Under the pieces are notes generated by a model. That model ran no database searches, was not told the origin of the DNA, and saw only the letters and a list, made by a program, of their open reading frames with translations. The translations under genes and the position numbers were made by a program. From the IMG/VR virus record IMGVR_UViG_3300046459_000548, positions 1 to 64,000 of that record: a DNA stretch of 64,000 nucleotides. One strand, given 5' to 3'. Below, piece after piece: positions 10,345-20,682 of this stretch (position 1 is its first letter; every line of letters starts with the position of its first letter). Source of the stretch: a virus.

Positions 10345-11478
10345 ATGCGGCTCACCATCCCGCAGCCGGAGCTGGCGGACGCCGTCAAGTGGGTCGAGAA
10401 GGGGCTGCCCGGCAACCCCCTCTACCCCGTGATGATGACCATGCGCTTCCAGGCCGCTGGCGACCGCCTGCTCATCTCCGGCTGGGACGGCGACACCGCG
10501 CTCCACGCCGAGCTGGACGCCGACGTCGAGGAGGAAGGCGTCGCGCTCCTGCCGGGCAGGTTCCTGGCCGGTGTCGTCGGCGCCCTGCGCAAGAGTGACC
10601 TGACGATCGAGTGCGGCAAGGGCCAGGGGGTCCTGACCGCGCCTGGCGTCCGGGTCGACATCCGCCCCAGCGATGCGGGCCAGTGGCCGGACCTGCCGAC
10701 TGCCCCCGCGGTCGCCGGGACGGTGGACGGGCCGGAGTTCATGCGGGCCTACACCCGCATCAAGCCCGCCTCCGTGAAGCCGAGCGAGGACGAGGTCAAC
10801 GAGCTCTCCGGCGTCGGCAGCGTGCGCCTGGTGGCCGCGGACGGCGAGCTCCGGCTGGCGACGACCGACCGCTTCAGGGTGGGCCTGGAGTCCGTCGCAT
10901 GGACGCCAAGCAGCGAGCTCGGGGACGCGTTCGCGCTCGTACCCACCCAGGCGATCGAGCGAGTGCGGCCGTTCGCCAAGGGCCGCCTCACGCTCGCCCT
11001 TCCGGCCAACGGCGCAGGTACGGCCGGCCTGAGCGGTGAGGGGCGCGAGGTCGTCACGAAGCTGTCGATCCCGAAGGCCTTCCCGAACGTCGACCGCGCG
11101 GTACCGAAGAAGATCGTGGCCAGCGCCCACCTGGAGGCCGCCGAGCTGATCGATGCGATCCGCACGGTCTCCATGGTCAACACGAAGATCACGCGCCCGG
11201 TCTGGCTGCGCTTCGACGGCGAGTCCGTGGCCGTCTCGGCGAGCGACCTGGACACGGCCGAGGTACGGATCGACGCCCGACTGGACGGCGATGTCGGCGA
11301 GTTCGAGGTCCCGTTCCGCGGCTACTACCTGACGGACGGACTCGCCCAGATCGAAGGCGCCGCACGGATCGACTTCAGCGGGCCGAAGCGTCCGGCGCTG
11401 ATCCAGGGCGCCGAGGGCGGCACCTACCGGTACGTCGTGCTGCCGATCGGCGATCCCGGCAGGGCGTCCACCACCTGA
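10345..11478 (+). CDS. dnaN: DNA polymerase III beta sliding clamp homolog
   Basis: 377 aa; LRLATTDRFRV, FPNVDRAVP, FRGYYLTDGL, YRYVVLPI C-terminus. Confidence 0.9.
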   Translation: MRLTIPQPELADAVKWVEKGLPGNPLYPVMMTMRFQAAGDRLLISGWDGDTALHAELDADVEEEGVALLPGRFLAGVVGALRKSDLTIECGKGQGVLTAPGVRVDIRPSDAGQWPDLPTAPAVAGTVDGPEFMRAYTRIKPASVKPSEDEVNELSGVGSVRLVAADGELRLATTDRFRVGLESVAWTPSSELGDAFALVPTQAIERVRPFAKGRLTLALPANGAGTAGLSGEGREVVTKLSIPKAFPNVDRAVPKKIVASAHLEAAELIDAIRTVSMVNTKITRPVWLRFDGESVAVSASDLDTAEVRIDARLDGDVGEFEVPFRGYYLTDGLAQIEGAARIDFSGPKRPALIQGAEGGTYRYVVLPIGDPGRASTT

Positions 11479-11495
11479 CCTCCACCTCCCATACC

Positions 11496-11581
11496 GCCGC
11501 GGCGAGCGCGCCCCCCTCGCGCTCCGCGGCATCCAGGGCCGCCAGCCTCGCGGCAACCCCCCAGCCAACAGGCGGCGGCCC
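11496..11581 (+). ncRNA. candidate 6C-like RNA: two hairpins, each with six C in the loop
   Basis: Stem 11496-11530 with loop CCCCCCT; stem 11536-11581 with loop AACCCCCCA; intergenic after dnaN. Confidence 0.4.
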
Positions 11582-11609
11582 CACCTCACGACACCCGAAA
11601 GCAGGAACC

Positions 11610-11945
11610 ATGAGCACCAACAGCCCCGCGATCCCGCCGGACGTTGCCGCGCACGTCCTGTTCCACTACGGCCGCGACGGCGGCTACCAGGCAGGCGGGT
11701 TCACCGAGAGCCTCGTCACCGCCATCGACCGGTCCGACCCCGCCAATCGGGACCGACTCGCCCTCGGCTTCCCCGAGTACGTCGCCGCCGTCGCCGCGGT
11801 CCAGTACGACCCGAACGGCATCGCCCATCTCCAGGACATCGCCGCCGGACGGTGCACCCGCTGCAAGCAGGACGACGGGCCCATCACCGAGACCGGCCAG
11901 TGCGAAGCGTGCGCCCAGCCGATGCCCCTGGACGGTGTCGCATGA
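11610..11945 (+). CDS. hypothetical protein, C-terminal Zn ribbon
   Basis: CTRC...CEAC; AGGA RBS. Confidence 0.65.
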   Translation: MSTNSPAIPPDVAAHVLFHYGRDGGYQAGGFTESLVTAIDRSDPANRDRLALGFPEYVAAVAAVQYDPNGIAHLQDIAAGRCTRCKQDDGPITETGQCEACAQPMPLDGVA

Positions 11946-12847
11946 CCACCACCCAGCCCTCCCCGCCCGCCGGCCGCCTGATCGGCACCTTCGAGCCCGG
12001 CACGCCCGACTGGCATGCCGCCCGCGCCAACGGGATCGGCGGCTCCGAGATCTCCGCCGTGCTCGACCTCAGCCCCTACGAGTCCCGGTTCTCTCTGTGG
12101 CACCGCAAGCAGGGCAACCTCGGACCGGTCCAGGAAACCCCGGAAATGTACTGGGGCAAGAAGCACGAGCCGACGATCTGCGCCGAGTTCACCGACCGCC
12201 ACCCCGAACTCCTCGTCCTTCCGGCCGGCACCTACGCGGCCGACGACGTGCCGTGGTGGATCGCCAACCCCGACCGGCTTGGCTTCACCGCCGACGGCGA
12301 ACTCGAAGTCATCGAGGCGAAGACCGCCTACGACGACTTCGAGTGGGGCGAGGAAGGCACCGACCAGATCCCCGTCCACTACAAGGCGCAGGTCCGCTGG
12401 TATTGCCGAGCGCTCGGAGCCCGCCGCGCCCGCGTCGCGGTCCTCTTCGGCCTGTCCGACTACCGCGAATACGTCGTCGAACCCGACGACGAGGACGCCC
12501 ACCTCATGTACGTCGCAGGTCGGGAGTTCATGGACTCCCTCGCTGCCGGCCAGATCCCCGACATCGACGGCCACGTCGCCACCTTCCAGGCCGTGAAGGC
12601 GCTCCCGGAAGGAATGGAAGACGTCGACGTCGACATCGAGGCAGCCCTCCGCGACCGCTACTTCGCCGCCCTGGACGCCTTCAAGGCCGCCGAGGAGGAG
12701 AAGCGCCACGCCTCCGGGCTGGTCCTCGACCAGATCGACACCGGCCGCCGCGCCGTCGTCGGCAAGGACCGCATCGCTACCCGCACCGTCCGCAACGGCA
12801 AGACCTACTCCCTTCAGCCCGCACGAAACAGGAGCACCGCCGCATGA
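11942..12847 (+). CDS. YqaJ/lambda-exonuclease-like recombinase (RecE)
   Basis: WHAARANGIGGSE, ANPD, IEAKT, YKAQVRWY. Confidence 0.9.
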   Translation: MTTTQPSPPAGRLIGTFEPGTPDWHAARANGIGGSEISAVLDLSPYESRFSLWHRKQGNLGPVQETPEMYWGKKHEPTICAEFTDRHPELLVLPAGTYAADDVPWWIANPDRLGFTADGELEVIEAKTAYDDFEWGEEGTDQIPVHYKAQVRWYCRALGARRARVAVLFGLSDYREYVVEPDDEDAHLMYVAGREFMDSLAAGQIPDIDGHVATFQAVKALPEGMEDVDVDIEAALRDRYFAALDAFKAAEEEKRHASGLVLDQIDTGRRAVVGKDRIATRTVRNGKTYSLQPARNRSTAA

Positions 12848-13677
12848 CCGATCAGACCGTCTCCAACGCCGTCGCCGTCCGCGACACCGGCCCCGCCGCC
12901 ATGGTCGAGCTGTACCGAGCCGACCTCGCCCTCGTCATGCCCAGCCACCTCCAGCAGCGCGTCGGCGCCTGGATCCGCTCCACCCAGGGCCTGCTGCGCC
13001 GCGACCCCAAACTGATGGAGGCCGCCCAGAACGATGTCGGCCAGTTCATCGCCGTCCTCATGGACGCCGGACGTCTCGGTCTGGAGCCCGGAACCGAGCA
13101 GTACTACCTCGTCCCCCGCTGGAACAAGAGGAAGCGCTGCACCGAGATCACCGGCGTGCGCGGCTACCAGGGCGAGATCGAGCTCATGTACCGGGCCGGC
13201 GCCATCTCCTCCGTGATCGTCGAAGTCGTCTACAGCAACGACGAGTTCCAGTTCCGGCCCGGCCGCGACGAGCGACCCGTGCACGACATCGACTGGGACG
13301 CCGAAGACCGCGGCGAACTCCGCCTCGCCTACGCCTACGCCGTCATGAAGGACGGAGCGACCAGCAAGGTCGTCGTCCTCAACAAGGGCCACATCGCGAA
13401 GGCCCTCGCCAAGTCCGACAGCGCGAGCGGCAAGTACCCCGAGCGCTCCCCGTGGAGCACGGACACCGAGGCGATGTGGCTGAAGACCGCGGCGCACCGG
13501 CTGACGAAGTGGGTGCCGACCTCCGCCGAGTACATGCGTGAGCAGCTGCGCTCCCAGGCTGTCGTCGCCGGTGAGCAGCACCCCGAGCCGCTGCCGCCGA
13601 CCGTCCCCATGCCAGCCCCCGGGACCGTCGACTCTGACTACGACGAGGGCCCCGTCGAGGGCGAAATCGTCGAATAA
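12844..13677 (+). CDS. recT: RecT-family ssDNA annealing protein
   Basis: GLEPG...YYLVP, GYQGEIELMYRAG, SPW...EAMWLKT; follows the exonuclease. Confidence 0.9.
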   Translation: MTDQTVSNAVAVRDTGPAAMVELYRADLALVMPSHLQQRVGAWIRSTQGLLRRDPKLMEAAQNDVGQFIAVLMDAGRLGLEPGTEQYYLVPRWNKRKRCTEITGVRGYQGEIELMYRAGAISSVIVEVVYSNDEFQFRPGRDERPVHDIDWDAEDRGELRLAYAYAVMKDGATSKVVVLNKGHIAKALAKSDSASGKYPERSPWSTDTEAMWLKTAAHRLTKWVPTSAEYMREQLRSQAVVAGEQHPEPLPPTVPMPAPGTVDSDYDEGPVEGEIVE

Positions 13678-13747
13678 CCCACCCCGATTCGGCGGCCGGC
13701 CGTACCCGAAATACGGCCGGTCGCCACCAGATAGGAGAGCACACCCC

Positions 13748-16046
13748 ATGGCCAAGAAGCCCGTCATCCACCTCGCCGACCTGATCGGCTCCGTCCGCCG
13801 CTCCCCGAAGGGCACGCAGCTCGCCGTCCTCTGGCCGTCCCCGCCGCACCCCGCCCGCTGGATGGTCACCGACCGCTGGGGCTCCACCGGATACGAGCCC
13901 GACGAGACCGTCGCCGCATGGCCCGTCGTCGGCGCCGTCCCCTTCAGTCCGGCCGCCGGCATGGAGCTCGCCGAAATCAAGGAGTCCGCGTCATGAGCCA
14001 CACCGCACCCGCGTTCGACGGCACCGAGCTCGTCGCCGCGGCCCCCGCCAAGACCCGCCGCATAGTCGACGACTTCGAGGCGTGGATCGACGAGGTCACG
14101 CCGTACTACGTGGCCGAGGCCGACACCGGCGAGCCGTTCACCATCGACGAGGTCGCCCGCAAGCACCAGCTGCCCGACCCGCCCAAGCCGAAGTCGATGT
14201 GGGGGAGCCTCCCGATCCGCCTCCAGAACGAGGGGATCATCCGCCACCACGGCGGCAGCACCAGCGCACGCGCCGGACACAGCATGGTCCACGAATGGAT
14301 CGGCGTCCCCGTCGCCATGCGGGAGATGGTCGCCGCCCGGCGCCGCGAAGAGCGCGCCGCACGACGGGCCGCCCGCCAGCAGGAGAGGCGGGCAGCGTGA
14401 AGGACATCGCCCTCTTCCTCGCCTGCCTCGCGCTCATGACCGGCATCGCCGCTGTCGCCTACGCCTCCATCACCGGGAGGCGGACGTGAGGGACAACCTG
14501 GCCGCCGTCCTCGACGCCGCCTACTGGGGCCTGGCCATATCCGCGACCGTCCTCGCCGTCACCACCGCGGCCGTGACCGTCATCGCCGGCTACTGGACCA
14601 CCCACTGCGCCATCTGGGCCGGACGCCGGATGCGGCACCACTGGGACCTCGCCCGCATGCAAAGCCGGCCCGCACCACGGCAGACCGCCACCCCGCAAGC
14701 CTGCGACGACTACTGGACCATCCGCCGCGCATGGCGACAGCCCACACGAGAGGAGGCCGGACGATGACCGGCACCACCGAAACCCACACCCCGTCCCGCG
14801 CCTGCTACCAGCGCGGATGCCGCCTGCCGGAATGTGCGCTCGAGGACTACCGCTACCGCAAGCAGATCCAACTCGAGCACTCCCGTGGGCGACGCCGGCA
14901 GGCCAGCGCCGACCAGCCCCGAATCCACGTACACCGCCTGCACGCCGCGAGCTGGAACGACTACGAGATCGCACGCGCCTCCGGGGTGTGCCGATCCACC
15001 ATCGCCAACGTGTCCAATGGGCAGCCCACCGTGCGCAACTGGGTCGCCCTCGCCATCCTGTCCGTCCCCATCGGACCGCCCCCCGCCCCGCAGAAGCCTG
15101 AGGTCGACGCCACCGGCAGCATCCGCCGCCTGCGAGCCCTCGCCGTCATCGGCCACCCCTTCCACACCGTTGCCCCCTTCGTCGGCTGCAGCGCCGACAA
15201 GCTGTGGCTGATCGCCAGGGGCTCCTACGAGACCGTCAACGCAGACACTGCAGCCGGCGTCGCCCGCGCCTACAAGGCACTCGCCACCAAGCCCGGAACC
15301 AGTCCGATCTCGCGAGCCCGCGCAGTCCGCCGCAACTGGCACGGCCCGCTCTCGTGGGACGACATCGACGACCCGAACTGCAAGCCGGAAGAGGCCAAGT
15401 CGTACAAGCCGGCCGACAAGTACCGGCGCGACCCCGACCGCACGCGGGAGATCGAACACCTCTACCTGCTCGGCGAATCTCCGCAGCAGATCGCCAAGAA
15501 GGTCGGCGGCAACGAGAAGTACATCAGCGACCAGCTCAACGCGGTTATCGCCAAGCGCGCCGCCAAAGCCGAACGGGAACGACTCGCGGCCAAGCGGCAG
15601 CGGAAGCAGGTGGCGGCGTGAACGGGCACCGCGTCGGCGCCGGCAGCCGCGAGCGCCTCTACGCCTCCACCACCAGCACCTTCGACCCCGACCAGGACCT
15701 CGACTACATCGCCATCGAGTACGCCCTCAACGGCGAACCCGTCACGCTGACCCGCCCGGAGAAGATCCACGCCGCCCGGATCCTCGACAGCCGTGGCCTC
15801 GAGCCCTCCGCCATCGCAAGGCGCATCGACTCCGACCGCACGACCGTGGCCGGCTGGAAAGCCAACGGCTGGAAGCCCGGAAAGCCTGCAGCGTCGGGCA
15901 AGCCGCGGCGTACCGAACCCGTCTGCGGCGAGGCCCGCATGTACCGCCGCCACCTCAAGGCAGGCGAGCGCTGTGACGTCTGCCGCGCCGCCAACGCCGC
16001 CGCCGACCGCCGCTACAAGGCCACCGGCAGCCGCAAAGCCGCCTAG
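13748..16046 (+). other. coupled hypothetical early genes (13748-13996, 13993-14400, 14397-14489, 14486-14767, 14764-15621 HTH/Zn-binding, 15618-16046)
   Basis: Overlapping starts and stops; 14764 has CYQRGCRLPEC and HTH-like segments. Confidence 0.65.
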
Positions 16047-16106
16047 CCCGGACACGACGAAGCCCCGCCGTACAGGCGGGGCCGGAGGAAGGAGGAGGAC
16101 GTGGAG

Positions 16107-16439
16107 TCAGGTCGAGTCGAGAGCACGGCGCTTCGCGATGTCGAGGGCCTCGCGGATGACGCGGGCGTCGCGCTTCGCGTCGGGCTTATCGCTCGCTTCC
16201 AAGTCGTCGAGGTGGCCGCGGAGCTCGCGCAGCAGGGTGATGTCTTCGTACTGCTCAGCCGGCACGACCATCGCCACGCGACTGCCGCGCTCCGTGAAGG
16301 CCCCGGGGCGCTTCCCCCAGCTGACCTCGCGGATGAGTGCGGTCAGCGCGGCGCGGGCGTGGGTCATCGGGACCTCGGCGACGCCGTCCTCTGCGATCTG
16401 AATGCGCTGGTCAGCAGGCATGAACAGAGTGTAAGTCAT
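16107..16439 (-). CDS. Phd/YefM-like antitoxin-domain protein
   Basis: VPMTHARAALTALIREV...FTERGSRVAMVVPAEQYE. Confidence 0.65.
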   Translation of the reverse strand: MTYTLFMPADQRIQIAEDGVAEVPMTHARAALTALIREVSWGKRPGAFTERGSRVAMVVPAEQYEDITLLRELRGHLDDLEASDKPDAKRDARVIREALDIAKRRALDST

Positions 16440-16549
16440 TTCCAATCCTTCCAATGTGGCCAATCTTTAAAGTAGTATGGCAGGTGCGACCAGGCACCGC
16501 CAGACGCCCTTGCTTCCGCATGTCCAAGATCAAGCCGAAAGAAGCCCTG

Positions 16550-17824
16550 ATGGCCGTCTCCAAGCGCCTCCGGTACGAGATCCTCCGCAGGGATCAGCAC
16601 ACGTGCAGGTACTGCGGCGCGGGTGCGCCCGAGGTTCCGCTGCGCGTCGATCACGTCACCCCTGTGGCGCTCGGCGGCACCGACACGCCCGACAACCTCG
16701 TCACCAGCTGCGAGCCCTGCAACAGCGGCAAGAGCAGCGCCACCGTCGACTCCGCGGTCGTCGCCAACGTCAGTGATGACGCGCTCCGTTGGGCCGACGC
16801 CATCAAGCAGGCCGCGGACGAACTGCGCTCCCAGGAGGAGCCGAAGCGCGCCTACCGCACCGCGTTCGAGCAGGCCTGGAACGGATGGACCTGGGAGCGC
16901 AACGGAAAGAAGGAGACCTTCACCCTCCCTGCGGGATGGAAGGCCAGCCTCGACAGCTTCCACGAGGCCGGACTGCCCCAGGAGGTCTGGGCCGACATCG
17001 TCGAGAAGACCATGACCAACAAGTCGGTCAGCAGCGAAAACCTCTTCCGCTACGCCTGCGGCATCGGCTGGCGCATGGTGCGCGAGCTGCATGACCGGGC
17101 GAAAGCCATCACGGGGCGGATGGAGCAGAGCAGCGACTCCGTCGACTCGGTGACCCGAGCCGCTTGGGACGTGTGGGAGAGCGAGCAGGCTGACGACGTC
17201 ACGCCAGAGTTGCGCGCGAGCTTCCGGGAGAGCGTCGCCAGCCTCGTCGGTAGTGAAGAAGGGCACCGCATCATCTTCGGCGCCCAGCAGGCCGCATGGT
17301 GCGGAGAGGCAGACGTAGCAGGAGCGCTACAGGCCAACGATCACAACGAGGCCTATCACCAATGGTGGTGCTCTTGGATCTCGACGGTTGGCGAGTATCC
17401 GTCAGATGAGCGCGGCGCTCGGATGCGAGAGCAGATCGACGCACTGCTTGCGGCGCGAGTATCGCGAGCCCGTATCGCGAGGGCCGCGGTGTACGCCGGC
17501 TCCCGTCACTCGGCACTACTTCACTTCGGGTTGGACCCAGAGGAGCTAAAGCTCGTCCGCGTGACGGACTGGTTCGCCCAGGCCATGGAGATCTGGCGCA
17601 GCGCCTTCTATGCCGCCGCTGGCCACTGGCCTGGCGAGGAGGCGCGGTCCGCCTTCATTGACAGCCTCAGCTGCGCCGCCTCCGACGACGACATCTTCAT
17701 TGCGGACATCCATGCGGCTGCCGCCGCGGCTGGCACCTATCAGGACCCCGAGATCAGCACCTGCCTGACGCGGCATCTGTCGGTGTTCGAGATCGCGTCC
17801 CGTCCTTTGGAGGTTGCTGCCTGA
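16550..17824 (+). CDS. HNH endonuclease with long C-terminal extension
   Basis: RYEILRRDQHTCRYCG...VDHVTPVALGG...NLVTSCEPCNSGK. Confidence 0.85.
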   Translation: MAVSKRLRYEILRRDQHTCRYCGAGAPEVPLRVDHVTPVALGGTDTPDNLVTSCEPCNSGKSSATVDSAVVANVSDDALRWADAIKQAADELRSQEEPKRAYRTAFEQAWNGWTWERNGKKETFTLPAGWKASLDSFHEAGLPQEVWADIVEKTMTNKSVSSENLFRYACGIGWRMVRELHDRAKAITGRMEQSSDSVDSVTRAAWDVWESEQADDVTPELRASFRESVASLVGSEEGHRIIFGAQQAAWCGEADVAGALQANDHNEAYHQWWCSWISTVGEYPSDERGARMREQIDALLAARVSRARIARAAVYAGSRHSALLHFGLDPEELKLVRVTDWFAQAMEIWRSAFYAAAGHWPGEEARSAFIDSLSCAASDDDIFIADIHAAAAAAGTYQDPEISTCLTRHLSVFEIASRPLEVAA

Positions 17825-18675
17825 TGGCCCGCATCCGTTCCATCAAGCCGGAGTTCTTCACCTCCCTCACGATCGCCGACCTTCCGCTGTCCGCCCGGCT
17901 GACGTTCATCGGGTTGTGGACCTACGTCGACGACAACGGGGTGGGGCCCGCCGACGCACGGCTGATTCGCGCCGCTGTGTGGCCGCTCGAAGAGACTCCG
18001 GACATCCTCCAGAGGACTCGCGAGGATCTCCAGAGGCTTCAAGAAGCCGGTCTCGTCACCCTGTACGAGGCCTCCGGAAGGCCTCTCGTGGCCGTGAACG
18101 GCTGGGAAGAGCACCAGAAAGTCAGCCACCCACGGAAGCCGCGATTCCTCACCCCGGACGAGCTTCCGCAGCGCCGTGACCAGGAATCTTTCGACTCTCC
18201 GGAGGGTCTCCAGAGTCCTCCGGAGGACTGCGAGAGCGCTCCGGAGGATGACGCCCCTGAGCAGGGAGCAGGGAGCAGGGAGCAGGGAAAAGGAATTGAG
18301 GGAAATTCGGAGCCTCCGGCATCCGACGAACCCTCTGCCCGTCCCGACGTCGAGCGCGTCTGTGAGCACCTTGCCGCCGTCATCGAAAAGGGCGGCGGCA
18401 AGAAGCAGCGGATCACCAAGACGTGGCGCAACGACGTCCGGCTGCTGCTCGACGTCGACGGCGTAACGCCCGACAAGGCCATCGCCGCCATCGACTGGGC
18501 GCACGCCGATGACTTCTGGAATGCGCACATCCTCAGCCCCGGAAAGCTCCGGACGAAGTACGAAACCCTCCGGCGCCAGGCCGCCTCGCAGCAGCGCAAG
18601 CGCGCACCCCAGGGCCCGCCCACGGCACCCCGCCACATGACCGAAGAGGAGAAGCAGAGTGCACTCGAATTCTGA
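17824..18675 (+). CDS. phage replication initiator / replisome organiser
   Basis: MARIRSIKPEFF N-terminus, low-complexity linker, FWNAHILSPGKLRTKYETL C-terminus; precedes DnaC and DnaB. Confidence 0.85.
   Translation: MARIRSIKPEFFTSLTIADLPLSARLTFIGLWTYVDDNGVGPADARLIRAAVWPLEETPDILQRTREDLQRLQEAGLVTLYEASGRPLVAVNGWEEHQKVSHPRKPRFLTPDELPQRRDQESFDSPEGLQSPPEDCESAPEDDAPEQGAGSREQGKGIEGNSEPPASDEPSARPDVERVCEHLAAVIEKGGGKKQRITKTWRNDVRLLLDVDGVTPDKAIAAIDWAHADDFWNAHILSPGKLRTKYETLRRQAASQQRKRAPQGPPTAPRHMTEEEKQSALEF
18007..18309. repeat. putative origin iterons inside the rep gene
   Basis: CTC-NN-GAG octamers at 18007, 18017, 18028, 18197, 18208, 18218 and 18239; (GAGCAGG)x4 at 18259-18286, then an A-rich tract. 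Confidence 0.6.
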
Positions 18676-19276
18676 CGAGCAGACCAGCCGCCAGTCGTGG
18701 ATCGACGAGCGCCGGGACGCGGCGGTCGCCACCTTCGCCGCCAAGATCCCGGGCATCTACCAGATGGATGTCGAGCTGGCCCCCGACATCGCGCGGTGGG
18801 CGGCCGGGGAATCCAACTGCCCCAGCCTTTTCATCGCCGGCCCGCTCGGCGTCGGCAAGACACACAGCGCCTGGCAGGCCATCCGCCGGTGGGTGCATAC
18901 CCAGTTCGGCGCCAACTACCGCGGCACCCCCGTCGTCGAAAGCTGGCGTTCCACCGCCCTGTTCGACGCCCTGCGGCCCGACGCGGACGGCAACTCCGGG
19001 CGGGCCATGGTCAAGCGGCTCCAGAACGTCGACCTGCTGTACCTCGACGACCTCGCCGCAGCCCGTCCGTCGTCGTGGACGCAGGAGCGCCTCTTCGAGA
19101 TCTTCGACGACCGGTACATCAACCGCCGGCCCGTCCTGATCACCAGCGACGTGCTGCCGAAGGAACTCCTGGACGTCACCGGCGAGCGCGTCCTGTCCCG
19201 CCTCGCCGAAATGTGCCGCGGCGGCGTGGTCCTCCTCGAGGGCGCCGACCGGCGGCGCGGCGTCGCTGCCGCCTAG
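18659..19276 (+). CDS. DnaC/IstB-like AAA+ helicase loader
   Basis: Walker A GPLGVGKT, Walker B LYLDDL, ERVLSRLAEM. Confidence 0.85.
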   Translation: MHSNSDEQTSRQSWIDERRDAAVATFAAKIPGIYQMDVELAPDIARWAAGESNCPSLFIAGPLGVGKTHSAWQAIRRWVHTQFGANYRGTPVVESWRSTALFDALRPDADGNSGRAMVKRLQNVDLLYLDDLAAARPSSWTQERLFEIFDDRYINRRPVLITSDVLPKELLDVTGERVLSRLAEMCRGGVVLLEGADRRRGVAAA

Positions 19277-19320
19277 AAGCCCCCAACTCCCACCCCAACC
19301 AGCAACCAGGAGATCAACGC

Positions 19321-20682
19321 GTGACCACCGAAACCGACATCTGGGGACCCGACGAGCTCGAGCCCACCACCGGGCCGGCCGACGTCGACGCCGAGCACGT
19401 CGTCGCCGCCTCCGTCATGGCCCGACCCGAACTCATCGACGAGACCGCCGCCGAGTTCGACCCTGCCGACATGACCATCGACTGGCTGCGCTGGGTATGG
19501 CACGCCACCGACGAGATCCGGCAGACCCTCACCAAGGGCGAGATCCGCTGGCAGGCCGTCCACCGGCAGCTCGTCGCCTGGAAGGCCTCCGGTTACCTGC
19601 CGATCCCGTGCCCCAGCGAGGACCAGGTCGCCGACCTGTACAACTCCGCCAACCCTGGCGCCATGGCCTGGTACGCGGCCCGCATCACCAAGGCGGCCGT
19701 CGCCGCCCGGCTCGTCGCCCACGGCCACAACGCGATCCTCCGCGGCCGGTCCGCGGCCTTCGACCCCGACGAGGACATCGCCGCCATCCAGGCCGAGTTG
19801 GACGGCGTCGCCCGCACCGGCGAGCAGGCCGACATCACGACGCTCAGCGATCTGCTCGGCGACTCCCTCGTCCGCGCCGTCACCGCGCCCACGCACGACG
19901 ACCGCATCCCGACCGGCTTCATCGACCTCGACGCCCTGCTCTGCGGGGGGTTCACCGCCGGCCAGCTCGTCGTCGTCGGCGCTCGACCGGCCATGGGCAA
20001 GACCACCCTCGCCCAGGACTTCGCGCGGGCGGCGGCCATCGCCAACGGGATTCCGACGCTCATCGAATCGCTGGAGATGACCAAGGAGGAACTCTCCGAC
20101 CGGATCCTGTGCGCCGAAGCCCGCATCGCCCACCACCATCTGAAGCAGGGCGCCGCCACCGACGTCGATATGGCACGTGCAGCTCGCCGTGTCCCCGACA
20201 TTCAGGCAGCTCCGCTCTACGTCAACGACTCGCCGATCCTGTCGATGCCGATGCTCCGCGGTCAGGTCCGCCACCTCGTCCGCACGGCGGGCCTCCGCCT
20301 CGTGATCATCGACTACCTGCAGCTGATGCAGGTCGCGAAGGCGGAGAACCGGCAGCAGGCCATTGCCGACCTGTCCCGCAGCCTGAAGCTCCTCGCCAAG
20401 GAGTTCGGCATCGTCGTGATCATCCTGTGCCAGCTCAACCGCGGCCCCGAACAGCGCACCGAGAAGAAGCCGATGGTCTCCGACCTGCGCGAGTCCGGGG
20501 CGATCGAGCAGGACGCCGACATGGTGATCCTCCTCCACCGCGAGGACGCCTACGAGAAGGAAAGCCCTCGAGCCGGTGAAGCCGACCTGATCGTCGGCAA
20601 GCACCGGGGCGGCCCCACCGCCACGATCACCTGCGCCTTCCAGGGCCATTACAGCCGATTCGTGGACATGGCTCAGACCTGA
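19321..20682 (+). CDS. dnaB: replicative DNA helicase
   Basis: GARPAMGKT, IIDYLQLM, QLNRG, SDLRESGAIEQDAD, KHRGG. Confidence 0.95.
   Translation: MTTETDIWGPDELEPTTGPADVDAEHVVAASVMARPELIDETAAEFDPADMTIDWLRWVWHATDEIRQTLTKGEIRWQAVHRQLVAWKASGYLPIPCPSEDQVADLYNSANPGAMAWYAARITKAAVAARLVAHGHNAILRGRSAAFDPDEDIAAIQAELDGVARTGEQADITTLSDLLGDSLVRAVTAPTHDDRIPTGFIDLDALLCGGFTAGQLVVVGARPAMGKTTLAQDFARAAAIANGIPTLIESLEMTKEELSDRILCAEARIAHHHLKQGAATDVDMARAARRVPDIQAAPLYVNDSPILSMPMLRGQVRHLVRTAGLRLVIIDYLQLMQVAKAENRQQAIADLSRSLKLLAKEFGIVVIILCQLNRGPEQRTEKKPMVSDLRESGAIEQDADMVILLHREDAYEKESPRAGEADLIVGKHRGGPTATITCAFQGHYSRFVDMAQT

Noticed and set aside
11644-13677. 677-aa ORF, and similarly 18697-20682, 35337-38192 and 49064-50053
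   Set aside because: N-terminal parts are Arg/Pro-rich off-frame read-through of upstream genes; true starts are 12844, 19321, 35631 and 49346
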